Below are positions 44,280-60,805 of a DNA stretch of 64,000 nt, one piece after another (the stretch's first letter is position 1; each line of letters starts with the position of its first letter). The stretch comes from Eledone cirrhosa (taxonomy: Eukaryota). The position numbers and the translations under genes were made by a program. Below the pieces are notes generated by a model, which saw nothing but the letters and a program-made list of their open reading frames with translations, was not told the origin of the DNA and did not search any database. The stretch lies in NCBI GenBank assembly GCA_964016885.1, contig OZ024760.1:13516001-13580000 (forward strand), in the 5' to 3' direction.

Positions 44280-44636
44280 AATGTAATCTGAGTTTTTCGA
44301 ATATTAATAATAACATTCGATTTGTTTGCAATTTTGCAAACAAGCCTCAATTTTATAGCCATGTCAGGAGAATGAACACTTCATTGTTGCTCTTATGTTG
44401 GCATGCGAACAGAACTGCAGACACTAATGTTTCTGGGTATCACCCTTCATCAGTACAGCTCACTGTTCCCCTGCCAAACTGTCAGAGCTAGTGAAAATAT
44501 ATGCTATTTTCAAAAATACACAGTGACTGATCGGACTGAGGCTTGTTTGCAAAATTGCAAACGAATTGAATGTTATTATTAATATTCGAAAAACTCAGAT
44601 TACATTTATTGTATTCAGCCATGTAGAGCGAAATTT

Positions 44637-44692
<56 letters not shown>

Positions 44693-44750
44693 AAATTTCG
44701 CTCTACATGGCTGAATACAATAAATGTAATCTGAATTTTTCGAATATTAT
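44276..44750. mobile_element. Penelope-like element with nested inverted repeats and a hammerhead
   Basis: 44276-44349 is the reverse complement of 44537-44610, and 44580-44642 is the reverse complement of 44687-44750. Confidence 0.65.
44407..44468 (-). ncRNA. Type I hammerhead ribozyme with GUC site and extended stem I
   Basis: gaacag tg agctgta CTGATGA a gggt gat accc a GAAAC a ttag t GTC tgcagtt ctgttc. Confidence 0.75.
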
Positions 44751-44853
44751 TCTTCTCGGTATGGTGAACTAACTGTTGTGTAACCACTTCTACCTAACTC
44801 ATCCCTTGGACTGAGTGCTCTACCACTACGGATATTACCTTCCTGTGTTCCAC

Positions 44854-44913
<60 letters not shown>

Positions 44914-45108
44914 GTTGAAAATTGCAAACTCGACTGTCACCACATATCATGAACCTGAAGATTGCGAAAGCATGAAAGTACTTGTTCAATTAACACTTAG
45001 AATTTAATATTCTATCATACTATTTCATTATAATAGCATTATATATATTTTAAAGGATTGTAAATAAAACGAGTAAATCAGACAAAGTTGGAATTCCTCT
45101 TATTAATA
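44914..45108 (+). mobile_element. ~190-bp HHR element, copy 3 (hammerhead at 44950-44988)
   Basis: HHR sequence is identical to 13382-13420. Confidence 0.8.
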
Positions 45109-45158
45109 TAATCTTCTATACACAATCATACACACCCGTGTATATTTACCTATCTATA

Positions 45159-45208
<50 letters not shown>

Positions 45209-47827
45209 ATTATATATATATATATATACACAAACTTTATATTTATATAAAGACATTTGTTCAAGATATCATTAAAGGGGATTGAACTTCAACACTGAAA
45301 CCACAAGATTGTGATACAAACTCTCTGAACCATCCAACCATGGCATGGGAATAAAAATATATTTTTCTGTATTAATCTAAACCATCTTCGATGGTTTAGA
45401 TTAAGAAATAGAATCCCGTAAATGCCAATAATACAAAGAAAATGGTATATCTGTTGTTAGAGTAGCAATCATATGAGTTATACAAGTCCTTTATATTAGA
45501 ATTTATGGCAGGCATAAATCCTCTACTTCTATTACTTTAATAGAAAGATAAATCAAATATTTCCAAGCATTAATATATTTAGTACCAAAGATACAGAGAA
45601 CCACTTGTTTCAATCAACCAATGAAATCATTTAATTTCCTCTAATGAAATCGCCTGCTATTGTTGTCAATTTTTATGCCACAATAGAATTTAATTGTAGT
45701 TAAAAGCTGACAAAGTATTGGGCAAAATGTTGTGACTTCTAGCAAGATTAGATTTGAAGTGTTGAGAGATTTGTAATCCAATAAACTTTCCAATGATTGT
45801 TACATTTATTATATTATATCATATTCTTGAATATACATCATCATCATCATCATCATCGTTTAACGTCCATCTTCCACGCTTGCATGGGTATATATATGTG
45901 TGTTTATATATATATACATTTGTATATATACTTATGTATATATATGTATTTATTCATCTGTGTTTTGAGTGCTGTAGAATTGCTTTTACCATCTTTCCCG
46001 ACTCTCATCACAGTGAAGTGTTTCAATATTTTGGACTTTTATGCCAGTGCTCAAGAAATTTTAAGAACTTGAAATTTATCTTCCTCTAATTCCTTCTACA
46101 CATGCCTCTTTCCACTACACCTCACTCTCTCTAACTGACTTTCTTTCTCTAACTCTTTTCAACACTCTTTCTCTATAACTCTTTCTCTATAACTCTCTCT
46201 CTCACTAACTCTCTTTTTCTCTCTTTTTCTCACATCCTCTTTTTGACTCTTTCTTTTTTCACTCCCTCTCTCCCTCCCCTCCCTCTCTCTAACTTTTTCT
46301 CCCCACTCCCCTTCAGACTCTCCCTCCCCATCAGCAAGGTAACAATCAAGTGTTTTACTGTGAGAAATTTAGTAACTGTAACATAACCAAAACTGTTGCC
46401 AATGAAACAAAAGATGTCTTATCTTAGCTAAGCCACTGAAAGAAATGTGTGAACTGAGGTCTATTTTTCAACATAGTCCCTGGAAAGAAAGAATACAGTT
46501 ATTAATAAGAATAGTTGAAATTAATGCATGCGAGATTTCACAGCTCTAGCATCACTCCTTCATAGTCAGCCTATGAACCTTTCAGCCGACCCTTGTACTT
46601 GTACAATCCTCAGCTCCATCATACTAACCCATATCTACAACAAATGATTCCTGACAACGAAATGATCACAAAATAAACAATTGTCTAATATTCCTGACTA
46701 TGTGAGCTCACAAATATATGTATAGATGTGTATCAATGTATTTGTGTGTGTATGTTTTATGTATGTGAAGAGATATTAATGTAAGTGTGTGTATGTGGTG
46801 TTTGTACATAAAGGTTATATATATATATATATATCTATACAAAAACACATGGCATCATAAATATATATGTGTGTGTGATCTTACGTCTGCACAAACGTAA
46901 AGAAAAATGTGACCATATGTAGGTGTGCAGCTGCAATGCGTGGTATAATTGAGATAAATGAAGTATCTTGGTAACATTTTACACAACATACCAGATGACA
47001 GCTATTAAGATATTAAATTCCTCTTTTGAAATTGACAAAATACAGAGAACCTGTCCTTCTATTCCATCATTTACTGAAATCCATAAATATTTCCTTTCTA
47101 CAAAACAAACCTTGAAATGACTATAAATGTTGAAGATTACAACGTATAAATATATATTTCACCATATCATTACCATATTTGTAATGGAATATAATTCAAT
47201 TTTAAAATCATTTTGAAAGAATCAAGAATGTGGAGGTCATTTAATAAATAATGTGACTTTCTCCTTATTAAGCTGGTGTTTGGAATGTAACTTAACACAG
47301 CTTCTTCCATAAAATTATGAATGAGGTTTTTTCTTTGGTAGAATAATTAGAATGTCTGATGAAATTGGTAGAATCACACACATGTACATAATCACATAGA
47401 TATATACATACATACACACATGTGTAATTCAGTGAGAGTGTGAGTGTGCATGTATGCAAGGGAGTGAATGTGTGTATATATGTGTGCGTATATGTGTATA
47501 TATGTGAGTGTATATGTGTATATATGTGTATATATGTGTATATATGTGTATATATGTGTATATATGTGTGTATATGTGTATATATGTGTGTGTGTATGGG
47601 TTTTGATCGATTTTTGTCTATTTTAATGATGCTGACACACACACACACACTCATTCCCTCACATGCACAGTCACTCCCACACACACGCACACACACACTC
47701 ATTCCCTCACATGCACAGTCACTCCCACACACATGCACACGCACACACATTTACTCCCACACACACATCCCAATACCCATAAAAAAAAGAAGGCCGCAAA
47801 GCAATCATTTACTTTTCCAGAAATTTC

Positions 47828-49250
47828 CATATCAACAGATCTGTTGTGAGATTGGATTGTTAGCATATCAATCAACAGATCTGTTGTGAGATTGGATTGT
47901 TAGCATATCAATCAATAGATCTGTTGTGAGATTGGATTGTTAGCATATCAATCAACAGATCTGTTGTGAGATTGGATTGTTAGCATATCAATCAATAGAT
48001 CTGTTGTGAGTTGGATTGTTAGTATATCAATCAACAGATCTGTTGTGAGATTGGATTGTTAGCATATCAATCAATAGATCTGTTGTGAGATTGGATTGTT
48101 AGCATATCAATCAATAGATCTGTTGTGAGATTGGGATTGTTAGCATATCAATCAATAGATCTGTTGTGAGATTGGATTGTTAGCATATCAATCAATAGAT
48201 CTGTTGTGAGATTGGGATTGTTAACATATCAATCAATAGATCTGTTGTGAGATTGGATTGTTAGCATATCAATCAATAGATCTGTTGTGAGATTGGATTG
48301 TTAGCATATCAATCAACAGATCTGTTGTGAGATTGGATTGTTAGCATATCAATCAATAGATCTGTTGTGAGTTGGATTATTAGCATATCAATCAATAGAT
48401 CTGTTGTGAGATTGGATTGTTAGCATATCAATCAACAGATCTGTTGTGAGATTGGATTGTTAGCATATCAATCAACAGATCTGTTGTGAGATTGGATTGT
48501 TAGCATATCAATCAATAGATCTGTTGTGAGATTGGGATTGTTAGCATATCAATCAATAGATCTGTTGTGAGATTGGGATTGTTAGCATATCAATCAATAG
48601 ATCTGTTGTGAGATTGGGATTGTTAGCATATCAATCAATAGATCTGTTGTGAGATTGGATTGTTAGCATATCAATCAATAGATCTGTTGTGAGATTGGGA
48701 TTGTTAGCATATCAATCAATAGATCTGTTGTGAGATTGGGATTGTTAGCATATCAATCAATAGATCTGTTGTGAGATTGGATTGTTAGCATATCAATCAA
48801 TAGATCTGTTGTGAGATTGGATTGTTAGCATATCAATCAATAGATCTGTTGTGAGATTGGGATTGTTAGCATATCAATCAATAGATCTGTTGTGAGATTG
48901 GGATTGTTAGCATATCAATCAATAGATCTGTTGTGAGATTGGATTGTTAGCATATCAATCAATAGATCTGTTGTGAGATTGGATTGTTAGCATATCAATC
49001 AATAGATCTGTTGTGAGATTGTATTGTTAGCATATCAATCAATAGATCTGTTGTGAGATTGGGATTGTTAGCATATCAATCAATAGATCTCTTGTGAGAT
49101 TGGATTGTTAGCATATCAATCAATAGATCTGTTGTGAGATTGGGATTGTTAGCATATCAATCAATAGATCTGTTGTGAGATTGGGATTGTTAGCATATCA
49201 ATCAATAGATCTGTTGTGAGATTGGGATTGTTAGCATATCAGTAGATCTG
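47828..49250. repeat. 40-bp minisatellite, ~35 copies
   Basis: Unit atcaatcaa(t/c)agatctgttgtgagattg(g)gattgttagcat, with no spacers. Confidence 0.97.
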
Positions 49251-50590
49251 TTGTTGTTGTTGTTGTTGTTGTCATGCAGAATTACATAGAATATATATAT
49301 TTGTTTAGTCTCTCCGGTTGTCGTAATTTTGTAAATGTGAGTTATTGTATAGAGGAAGGGGGGAGGGAGAGAAGAAGAAGAAGATGAAGGAGGAGGAGGA
49401 GGAGGAGGAGGAGGAGGAGGAGGGTTGGAGTTAGGGTGGTGGTGCGGGTATTACAAGTTTTTACAAGATATTTTTCAGCTTTTTCTTGAAAAAGTTCCGA
49501 AATTTAATATACGGTACATTTTATGCCTCACACCCCATTTTTCTTTTTAAAGAATATTTTGGGGTTTTTAATGATTATTTTTTATTATTTTTATTGCAAG
49601 AAAATTTCATTGATTTCAAAGAGAAAAAAATAGAATAATTTGAATATTTTATGCTAATTATATCAGAGTAAAATATAAATTAATAACTTGTAAAATATAA
49701 AATAAATTGAATCATTTAAGGGAATAAGATTATATGATATAAACAGAGAAATATATGAAGGCTACCACAACAACAGCAACACCACCACCACTACCAACAA
49801 CACCACCACTACTGCCAACAACATCACCACATCCACCAACAACAACAGCAACACCACCAACACAGCCGCAGGCCACCGCCACCACCACCACCACCACCAC
49901 TACCTAGAACACCACCACATCCACCACCACCACCACCACCACCACTACCAACAACACCACCATATCCACCACCACCACCACCACCACCACTACCAACACC
50001 ACCACCATTACCAACAACACCACCACATCCACCCCCACCACTACCAACACCACCACCACATCCACCACCACCACTACCAACAACACCACTACATCCACTA
50101 CCACCACATCCACCACCACTACCACCACCACCACCACCACTACATCCACTACCACCACATCCACCACCACTACCACCACCACCACCACCACTACATCCAC
50201 TACCACCACATCCACCACCACTACCACCACCACTACCACCACCACCACATCCACCACCACCACCACTACCAACAACACCACCACATCCACCACCACCACC
50301 ATCATCTCTACTACATCATATGCTGCAAGTTTCCTTTTATTCTCCAGGAACTCTCACGATTCCTAAAGTAGCTTTTATATTCTAACTTTGCTATTTGCTC
50401 TGATATAAACACATTACATTATTCCCCTATATATATAGTTATATATGTATATAGATATACATACATATATATATATATACATATATATGTACATACATAT
50501 ACATATATATATATACATATATATGTACATACATATATATGTACATACATATACATATATATATATATAGTTATATATATATATACATAC

Positions 50591-50679
<89 letters not shown>

Positions 50680-50681
50680 GT

Positions 50682-50713
<32 letters not shown>

Positions 50714-50894
50714 CATATATATATATGCATGTATATATATATATGAATGAAATACCATTCTATAAACCTAAAATGTGTTCCAAAGAGATGTCAGAAGAGA
50801 CTATAAAAGATTCTAACAAGTAACACAGAAGTGACTGGACAAAACCCGGAAGAGTGTAAGATTGATGGCCATTTCATTTTACCAATTTATCCTA

Positions 50895-51370
50895 CCGTAA
50901 ACTGAAATGTCTTTTGTTCCATTTTTGGTTTCAGTCAATGGATGGAACTGCTGGAGTGTGGCCATACTGGAGCATTTGCCATCGTGTGTGTTTTAGTAAA
51001 CTATGTCTAACTTAACTCTTTCTAATTAACCCATATTTCTAATTAAAAAGGTTCTTACATAAAATTATGATAAAAGGTTTCTAGATGAATATAAATACTT
51101 TATAACACTGAACCTATCATTAACTGAATGTCTTTTGTTCCATTTCTGATTTCAGTCAATGGACTCTGGCCACACTGGAGCATTTGCCTGCTTGTGTGTT
51201 TTAACCCCTTCATTACCATATTTCTAATTATAAAACAATTACTGTGAGATATACAAATAATTTAGAATATCATAGAGAACTTGGAGGGATTTAGTAATAC
51301 GAGTTTGGTGTTTGGAACATAACTTAACACAGGTTCTTACATAAAATTATGAGAAAAGGTTTTTAGATAA
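50895..51370. repeat. Diverged local duplication
   Basis: aactgaa(a)tgtcttttgttccattt...ctggagcatttgcc and aggttcttacataaaattatga each occur twice. Confidence 0.65.
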
Positions 51371-52068
51371 TAATAAACCAATGGGGTTTCTTGTGGTTAG
51401 GTAGCAAAACAATTAAATATTTATCTTTCTATCAATCACTGATGGTGATGATGATGATGATAATGATGATGATGGTAATGATGCTGATGGTAATGAGTAA
51501 CAGCAATGATGGTTACAGTTATCAACAAGATCTTGATGACAAGATCATAATAATCATGAGGACAGCTGGTGATAATGGAGATTAATGACAGTGATGATGA
51601 TGATGGTTGTGATGATGGTGATAGTGGTGATGGTGGTGATGGTGGTGGTGGTGATGGTGGTGATGATGATGATGCTGGTGGTGATGGTGATGGTTGTGAT
51701 GGTGATGATGGTGAGGATGACGGTGGTGATGGTGATGATGGTTGTAATGGTGATGATGGTGAGGATGATGATGATGGTTGTGATGGTGGTCATGGTGATG
51801 GTGGTGATGGTGGTGATGATGAAGATGATGAAGATTATGATGATGATGACCTATTATTGATCCTTACCAATAAATCATCAGCCGGAAGGAAAGAGAAATA
51901 TTGTCAAATTATAAGGATCTCTTCACACTGGCAATAAAACAGGTTGGGAGGTATGAAAATAACAATAACAACAACAACAATAATAATACTGGCAGAAGGC
52001 CAGCAATATTTGGGGAGAGGAAAGTTAATTAAATCGACCCCAGTTTGTTACAGGTACATTATTTTATC

Positions 52069-52252
52069 TGGATTGGCAGTATCAGTAGAGGGTCGGACGC
52101 CATGCTTTGTAGCACAATTATGTCCCTTTATGGACTGAGTTCAAATCCCGCCGAGGTTAACTTTGCCTTTCATCCTTACGGGGTCGATAAAATAAAGTAC
52201 CAGTAATACACTGGGATAATTGGTGGCCTTGTGCCAAAAAGTAGAAACAATT
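52069..52252 (+). mobile_element. SINE family B
   Basis: Colinear with 20848-21034. Confidence 0.85.
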
Positions 52253-52291
52253 ATTTTATCAACCTCTGTAATGATGAAAGGCGAAGTTGTG

Positions 52292-52324
<33 letters not shown>

Positions 52325-53000
52325 TAAGGTACCACCATAATTGGTGTATATATATATAAGGTATAAGGTATAAGGTACCACCATAACCGATGAAGACAGA
52401 CAAGACGCCATGTTTGTTAACATTCTATATAAGTTGAAGCTGTGTTGGAACAAAAACACAGTTTTGTTTGTCTCAGCAATTTACAGAAACTTGGAATTCT
52501 TGTTGAAAAATAAATGGAGCCCCCCTGGCGTAATGGAAATATATTTGGTAAGATGCCAGATTATGGAACTTTCTATAGAACACACGCACAAACACACAGG
52601 TGTAGGGAGAAACGCATATATACACACGCAGAGAATAAGTGTAAATATTTAAAGAGAACGAAAATGAGGAAAGCTGTATGTGTGTGTGTGGTCTGTCTAT
52701 ATATGTATAGATATATATATATGAGTAAGTGCATATGTGTGTGTACTTACATAAATATATATATATGTCATCCCCCACCCCCACTCTCAAGCGTGAACCT
52801 AATAACTAACACCTTTCGTAACTGTAGTCCTTGTTATTTACTTTTCCAATATATATATATCATCATCCTCATCATCATCTGCATTGTAGAGGCTTCCAAA
52901 CTGATCTTTTTTCTTATTCCACAATGCTTCAAGCAAACCTGAACCCTCTCGTATATATATACACATATATATATGAGAGTGTTCAATATATATATATATA

Positions 53001-53461
53001 TCATCATCATCATCATCATCATCATCGTTTAATGTCCATCTTCCATGATTGCATGGGTTTGGATGGGAGGTTTCCCACTTGAGGCAAGATTTGTTGTCCT
53101 GCTCGTATAGGACTGTCTGGTGGGTTTTCTATGGCTGGATGCCCTTCCTAACACCAACCACGTTTACAGTGTAGAATGGGAGGTTTTTACCGTGTTACCT
53201 ACACGGCCACATTACAGCGTGGACTGTGTTTTTTTTTGTCGTGACACCTACATGACCTCATTTGTTTCGGACTGGATGTTGTGGTACCAACATAACTTCA
53301 CATTTAGGGGGGTGGTGTGGATGGGGTGGGGGTAGTGGGACGGGGCGTGTATTTTGTTAGAGGTGCCTACTGACTGTAGGTTTCGCTTTATACTTAGGCA
53401 AGGCGGGTCTTCTGTATGACTGTGTAGCGCCAAAGATCTCAGTCCAGTGACATTGTCTTGG

Positions 53462-53462
<1 letters not shown>
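53001..53462 (-). mobile_element. RTE LINE 3' UTR plus last codons (same family as 54549-56020)
   Basis: Colinear with 54549-55015; (CAT)n tail at 53001. Confidence 0.85.
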
Positions 53463-53499
<37 letters not shown>

Positions 53500-53611
53500 G
53501 TATATAATTATATATATATATAATTTGTATTCCAATGTATTCCAATGTTACTATAGAAACAATTGTTACCTAATAAATTCTATATACCCGCATTTCCATT
53601 TTGTAAATTTT

Positions 53612-53651
<40 letters not shown>

Positions 53652-54036
53652 TAATCTAGGAAGTTATATAGGCTAGGATCTGTGTTATCCTAAGGTCTTA
53701 GATAACGTATGTTCTTATCAGACGTAATCCTGGAGTTAAACTACGATTTTAGTTCATCTTGGAAAAGGCTACAGAAAAAGCCTTGACATGTCTTCAGAAA
53801 AATTATTTCCTTGGTAATATCATATGTCTTGCAATAGATGTAGGTTGGCAGAACCAGCAGATATTTAGTTACAGAGCTTGAGGTTAGGAGTTTGAAAACC
53901 TTGCCAGGTCAACATTAGGTCACTGTGTTTTCCATTCATCAGAGTTGATAAAATAAAGTTCCAACTAAATATATCTATCTCCAATATATATATATATACA
54001 TACATGTATATATATGTGTGTGTGTATGTATATATA

Positions 54037-54480
54037 TATAAGTATGTACACGTACATACATATATGTATACAGATATACAGTAGTATGTATATATATATA
54101 TATACATACATGAACACATATATATATGTACGTATGGATTCACCGAACATTTATTATAATGTTCGGTGTATTTGTAAACAAACATCCCGAACTAAGCCGT
54201 AGTGTCCAGCAACCATCGTTGCTCGTTTGTTCAACACTGACAAAGGAACGCTGTACTAGTTTCAAGCTTATTAGCTATCGTCAGCAACGTATACCTTCCT
54301 GCCAGATTGTTGAATGTATATACTTACCTTATGCATATTAACGGCTGAGTAGCCCAATTTGCATATCGAGTGGGTTAATCGGGCGGGTGCACCGAAAACG
54401 ATAAACGGAAAAAATGAAACGAAATTTCATTTCCCACTCTTAGTACGGCTGTTACTTAAATATAAGTATGTACACGTACA
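54037..54480 (-). mobile_element. Retrozyme-like monomer with 20-bp terminal direct repeat and hammerhead
   Basis: tataagtatgtacacgtaca at 54037 and 54461. HHR at 54248-54290, plus several hairpins. Confidence 0.7.
54230..54315 (-). ncRNA. Type I hammerhead ribozyme (GUA site) with extended stem I
   Basis: aagg tat acgttg CTGACGA t agct aata agct t GAAA cta GTA cagcgt t cctt. Distal pairing is ttcaaca/tgttgaa. Confidence 0.85.
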
Positions 54481-54548
54481 ATAACAACAACATTCAACAT
54501 TTATCTAACTTGTTTATTTATTGTTTTTGTGGTATCTTTACTTGTTTA

Positions 54549-56020
54549 TCATCATCATTATAATCATCAACATTTAACGTCCGTGTTCCACGCTTGCCTG
54601 GGTTTGGACGGGGGTAGTCCCACTTGAGGCAAGAGTGATTGTCTTGCTCGCATAGGACTGTCTGGCAGTTTTTCTACAGTTGGATGCCCTTCCTAACACC
54701 AACCACATTTACAGTGTGGGTCTGGGAGGTTTTTACCGTGTTGCCTACACGGCCACATTACAGCGTGGACTGTGTGTTTTTTTGTTGTGACACCTACACG
54801 ATCTCATTTGTTTCGGCCTGGATGGCGCGGCACCAACATAACTTTACATAGAACGGGGTGGTGTGGATGGGGTGGGGGTGGTGGTGGTGGGACGGGGTGT
54901 ATTTTGTTAGAGATGCCTACTGGCTGGAGTAGGTTTTACTATATATTTAGGTAAGGCAGGTCTTCTCTGTTACTGAGTACCGCCAAAGGTCTCGGTCCAG
55001 TGACATTGTCTTGGAGAGGTGTAAGTGTGTGATGTCGGAGTTTATCAGCTCGTCCCAGGTTTTTCTAGGTCTGCCTATTCCGTGACTACCGTCTATCTTT
55101 ATTGCCCTGCACTTTGTTATACAGCTATCGACTTTCATGCGCATCACGTGTCCATACCAACGTAGCCTTCTCTCGAGTAAACAACATCTGATCCCTCTTA
55201 TCTCTAATTTTTTCCTTAGTTCGTTTATGCTTTGCCGTTCACGTATATTACTGTTACACATCCAGCGGAGCATGCAAGCTTCGTTCCTCTCTAGTCTGCG
55301 TATATCCTCTGCACACAATGCCCAGGTCTCACTGCCATGCAGCATTGCTGTTCGTATGCAGGCATCGTACAACCTGCCTTTCATTTTTAGGGAGAACCCT
55401 TTAGCAGCTAATAGTGGTATAAGCTCTCTGAACTTTTTCCAACCAGTTCTGACTCTAGCTACAGTACTTTCAGAGCACCCTCCCCCACTGCTGATTTTAT
55501 CGCCCAGGTAACGGAAGCTGTCCACTATTTCTATAGAACCCTCTGCGCAATTGAAAGAGCTAGTATTTTGTGGGCACTTGCTGCTACTTATTGCACCAGA
55601 ACACCGGCCACATGTAAAATCTATGTTCTTAGTTAGCTTACCTGTGATCCCACTACATCTTTTATGCACCCATACTTTGCATTTAGGACATAAAATGGAG
55701 TTTCTACCTACGCCTTTCCTACACACCGAGCACGACCATTTCCCAGAAGGGACCGCCGCCTTGTTTTCTTTCCTACAAACTAGAACTTTGGTCTTAGCCA
55801 GGTTAATTTTAAGTCCTTTTGACTCTAGGCCGTGCTTCCATGTTTGGAATTTCTTCTCTAGCTCGGCCATTGATTCCGCTATGAGTGTCAGGTCGTCTGC
55901 GTATAGGAGTTCCCATGGGCAGCCTGTCTTGAACTCCTCTGTTATAGCCTGAAGGGCAATAATAAATAGTAGGGGGCTGAGAACAGAGCCCTGATGGACG
56001 CCAACTTTTACGCTAAACTC
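54549..56020 (-). mobile_element. 5'-truncated RTE-clade LINE (RT C-terminal half, 3' UTR, (GAT)n tail)
   Basis: Frame is open from 56020 to 54947 and contains GVHQGSVLSPLLF, LLYADDL, FRYLG and RLRWYGHVMRM. Confidence 0.95.
54947..56020 (-). CDS. Partial RTE reverse transcriptase with PHD-like zinc finger (5'-truncated, not a host gene)
   Basis: The frame extends 50 codons upstream of the listed Met (EFSVKVGVHQGSVLSPLLF...YADD). It includes CSVC..CPKCKVWVHKRC..CGRC. Confidence 0.85.
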   Translation of the reverse strand, partial: EFSVKVGVHQGSVLSPLLFIIALQAITEEFKTGCPWELLYADDLTLIAESMAELEKKFQTWKHGLESKGLKINLAKTKVLVCRKENKAAVPSGKWSCSVCRKGVGRNSILCPKCKVWVHKRCSGITGKLTKNIDFTCGRCSGAISSSKCPQNTSSFNCAEGSIEIVDSFRYLGDKISSGGGCSESTVARVRTGWKKFRELIPLLAAKGFSLKMKGRLYDACIRTAMLHGSETWALCAEDIRRLERNEACMLRWMCNSNIRERQSINELRKKLEIRGIRCCLLERRLRWYGHVMRMKVDSCITKCRAIKIDGSHGIGRPRKTWDELINSDITHLHLSKTMSLDRDLWRYSVTEKTCLT

Positions 56021-56046
56021 TTTATATATATATATATATACATATA

Positions 56047-56079
<33 letters not shown>

Positions 56080-56241
56080 GTGTGTGTATATATATATATA
56101 ATGTGTGTGTATATATATATATATATCATCATCACCGTTTTACGTCCGTTCTTCCACGCTAGCATGGGTTAGACGGGTTGTCCTGTTGTGGGCAGTGTCT
56201 GGTCGGCTGACCATGCCTTGCTCATACAGGATATATATATA

Positions 56242-58998
<2,757 letters not shown>

Positions 58999-59084
58999 TA
59001 AAATAACAGATTAAAGTTTAAGCAAAGAATCGCTTTTTAGTCTTCAAATTTATTATTATTACTATATATATATATATGTACAGG

Positions 59085-59776
59085 GAAATTAGACAGTAGA
59101 AGTCGCACTGATAGACACATTTTTCAAATGCGAGAGGGCGCTATAGAAGTGGTGGATAGCTTCCGGTACCTAGGAGATCAGATTAGCATGGGAGGAGGGT
59201 GTTCCGAGGCCATAGTATCTAGAATAAGGACGGGTTGGAAGAAGTTTAGGGAGCTGCTTCCTCTGTTGACGAAGAAGGGTTTCTCCCTGCGTACGAAAGG
59301 CCGGTTGTATGATGCCTGTGTGAGGAGCGCGATGCTGCATGGTAGTGAGACATGGGCAGCAACCGCAGAGGATATGCGACGGCTGGAGAGAAATGAGGCA
59401 AGCATGCTCCGTTGGATGTGCAGTGTAAATATGCGTGAACGACCCAGCATAAATGTGTTGAGAGAGAAACTGTGTCTGAGAGGGATAGAATGTAGTGTAC
59501 GGGAGAGGAGACTGAGGTGGTATGGACATGTGATGCGCATGGAGGATGACAGATGGGTGAAGAAGTGCCAGGAAATGCCAGTTGAAGGAAGACGTGGTAG
59601 AGGTAGACCACGAAAAACATGGGTGGAGGTGGTGAGAACAGACCTCAGATCATTGAAGCTCACGATGGAGATGACGAGGGACTGTGACGAGTGGAGAGAT
59701 GTTGTGCTGAATAAGACCCGTCCCACCCTTGCAAGCAGGGAAAAGCGGACGTAAAATGATGATGATGATGATGATC
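59085..59776 (+). mobile_element. RTE LINE 3' fragment with intact C-terminal ORF (59128-59754) and (GAT)n tail
   Basis: IEVVDSFRYLGD...RLRWYGHVMRM...GRPRKTW. Confidence 0.93.
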
Positions 59777-59800
59777 ATATATATATAAATATATATATAA

Positions 59801-59831
<31 letters not shown>

Positions 59832-60171
59832 AATATATATATATAAATATATATAAATATTTCGTTTCTGAATTTGTTTAGCAAGATTCTTTATCTGAAA
59901 ACATGTGTTGAAACCGATATTGTTATACTTTGGGAGGGTCATGTTGCCAATAAGAAACACACGCACCAGTTGCTTTCACTTCAATTTATTATAATAAATT
60001 TATAAATTTAGGAATTTATAAATTTCCGGTTGGTTGGTTCCACAACCAGATGGTTGTTTATATATTGTCAGTGACGGGATTCTTTTCTTTGTTTTTTGTG
60101 CCTCTCCTTTGTTCTGTCATAACATATATAATGTGTGTATATATAACATATATAATGTGTGTATACATATA

Positions 60172-60211
<40 letters not shown>

Positions 60212-60233
60212 GTCTGTATATATATATATATAA

Positions 60234-60267
<34 letters not shown>

Positions 60268-60446
60268 GTGTGTGTTTATATATATATATATATATACGTG
60301 TGTATAATGGTAGCTATAGTGCTTCCATAGGCAGTATGCCAAAATTAGCACTCAATATTCATATAGAGCAGAGTATGAATAGTATAAAATTTTATACTAT
60401 ATATATATATATATATATATAATGTGTGTGTGTATATATATATATA

Positions 60447-60754
60447 TCATCATCATCATTTCATTTTACGTCCACTTTTCCCTGCTTGGAAGCGTGGGAC
60501 GGGAACTGATTCTGGCTTGATTTCTACAGCTGGATGCTCTTCCTAACACCAACCTCATTTACAGTGAGTGCTGGGTGCTTTTTTGCCACGGCACCTCCAC
60601 GACCCCTGTCCCTATCATCTCATTTCTACAGCTGAGTAAACTGGAGCAATGTGAAATAAAGTGTCTTGCTCAAGGAAACAACACATCACCCGGTCTGAGA
60701 ATTGAACTCACAACCTTTCGATTGCAAGGCCAATGCTCTAACCACTGAGCCTCC
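60447..60754 (-). mobile_element. SINE family A with internal deletion
   Basis: Reverse complement of 13827-14165. Confidence 0.88.
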
Positions 60755-60774
60755 ATGTATATATACATATATAA

Positions 60775-60805
<31 letters not shown>

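Noticed and set aside
47828-49250. CRISPR array
   Set aside because: Pure tandem repeat with no spacers.
59885-59925. HHR-like ctgaaaacatgtgttgaaac (also 20470-20500 minus and ~755-780)
   Set aside because: It lacks the conserved G of CUGAnGA and has no stem I.
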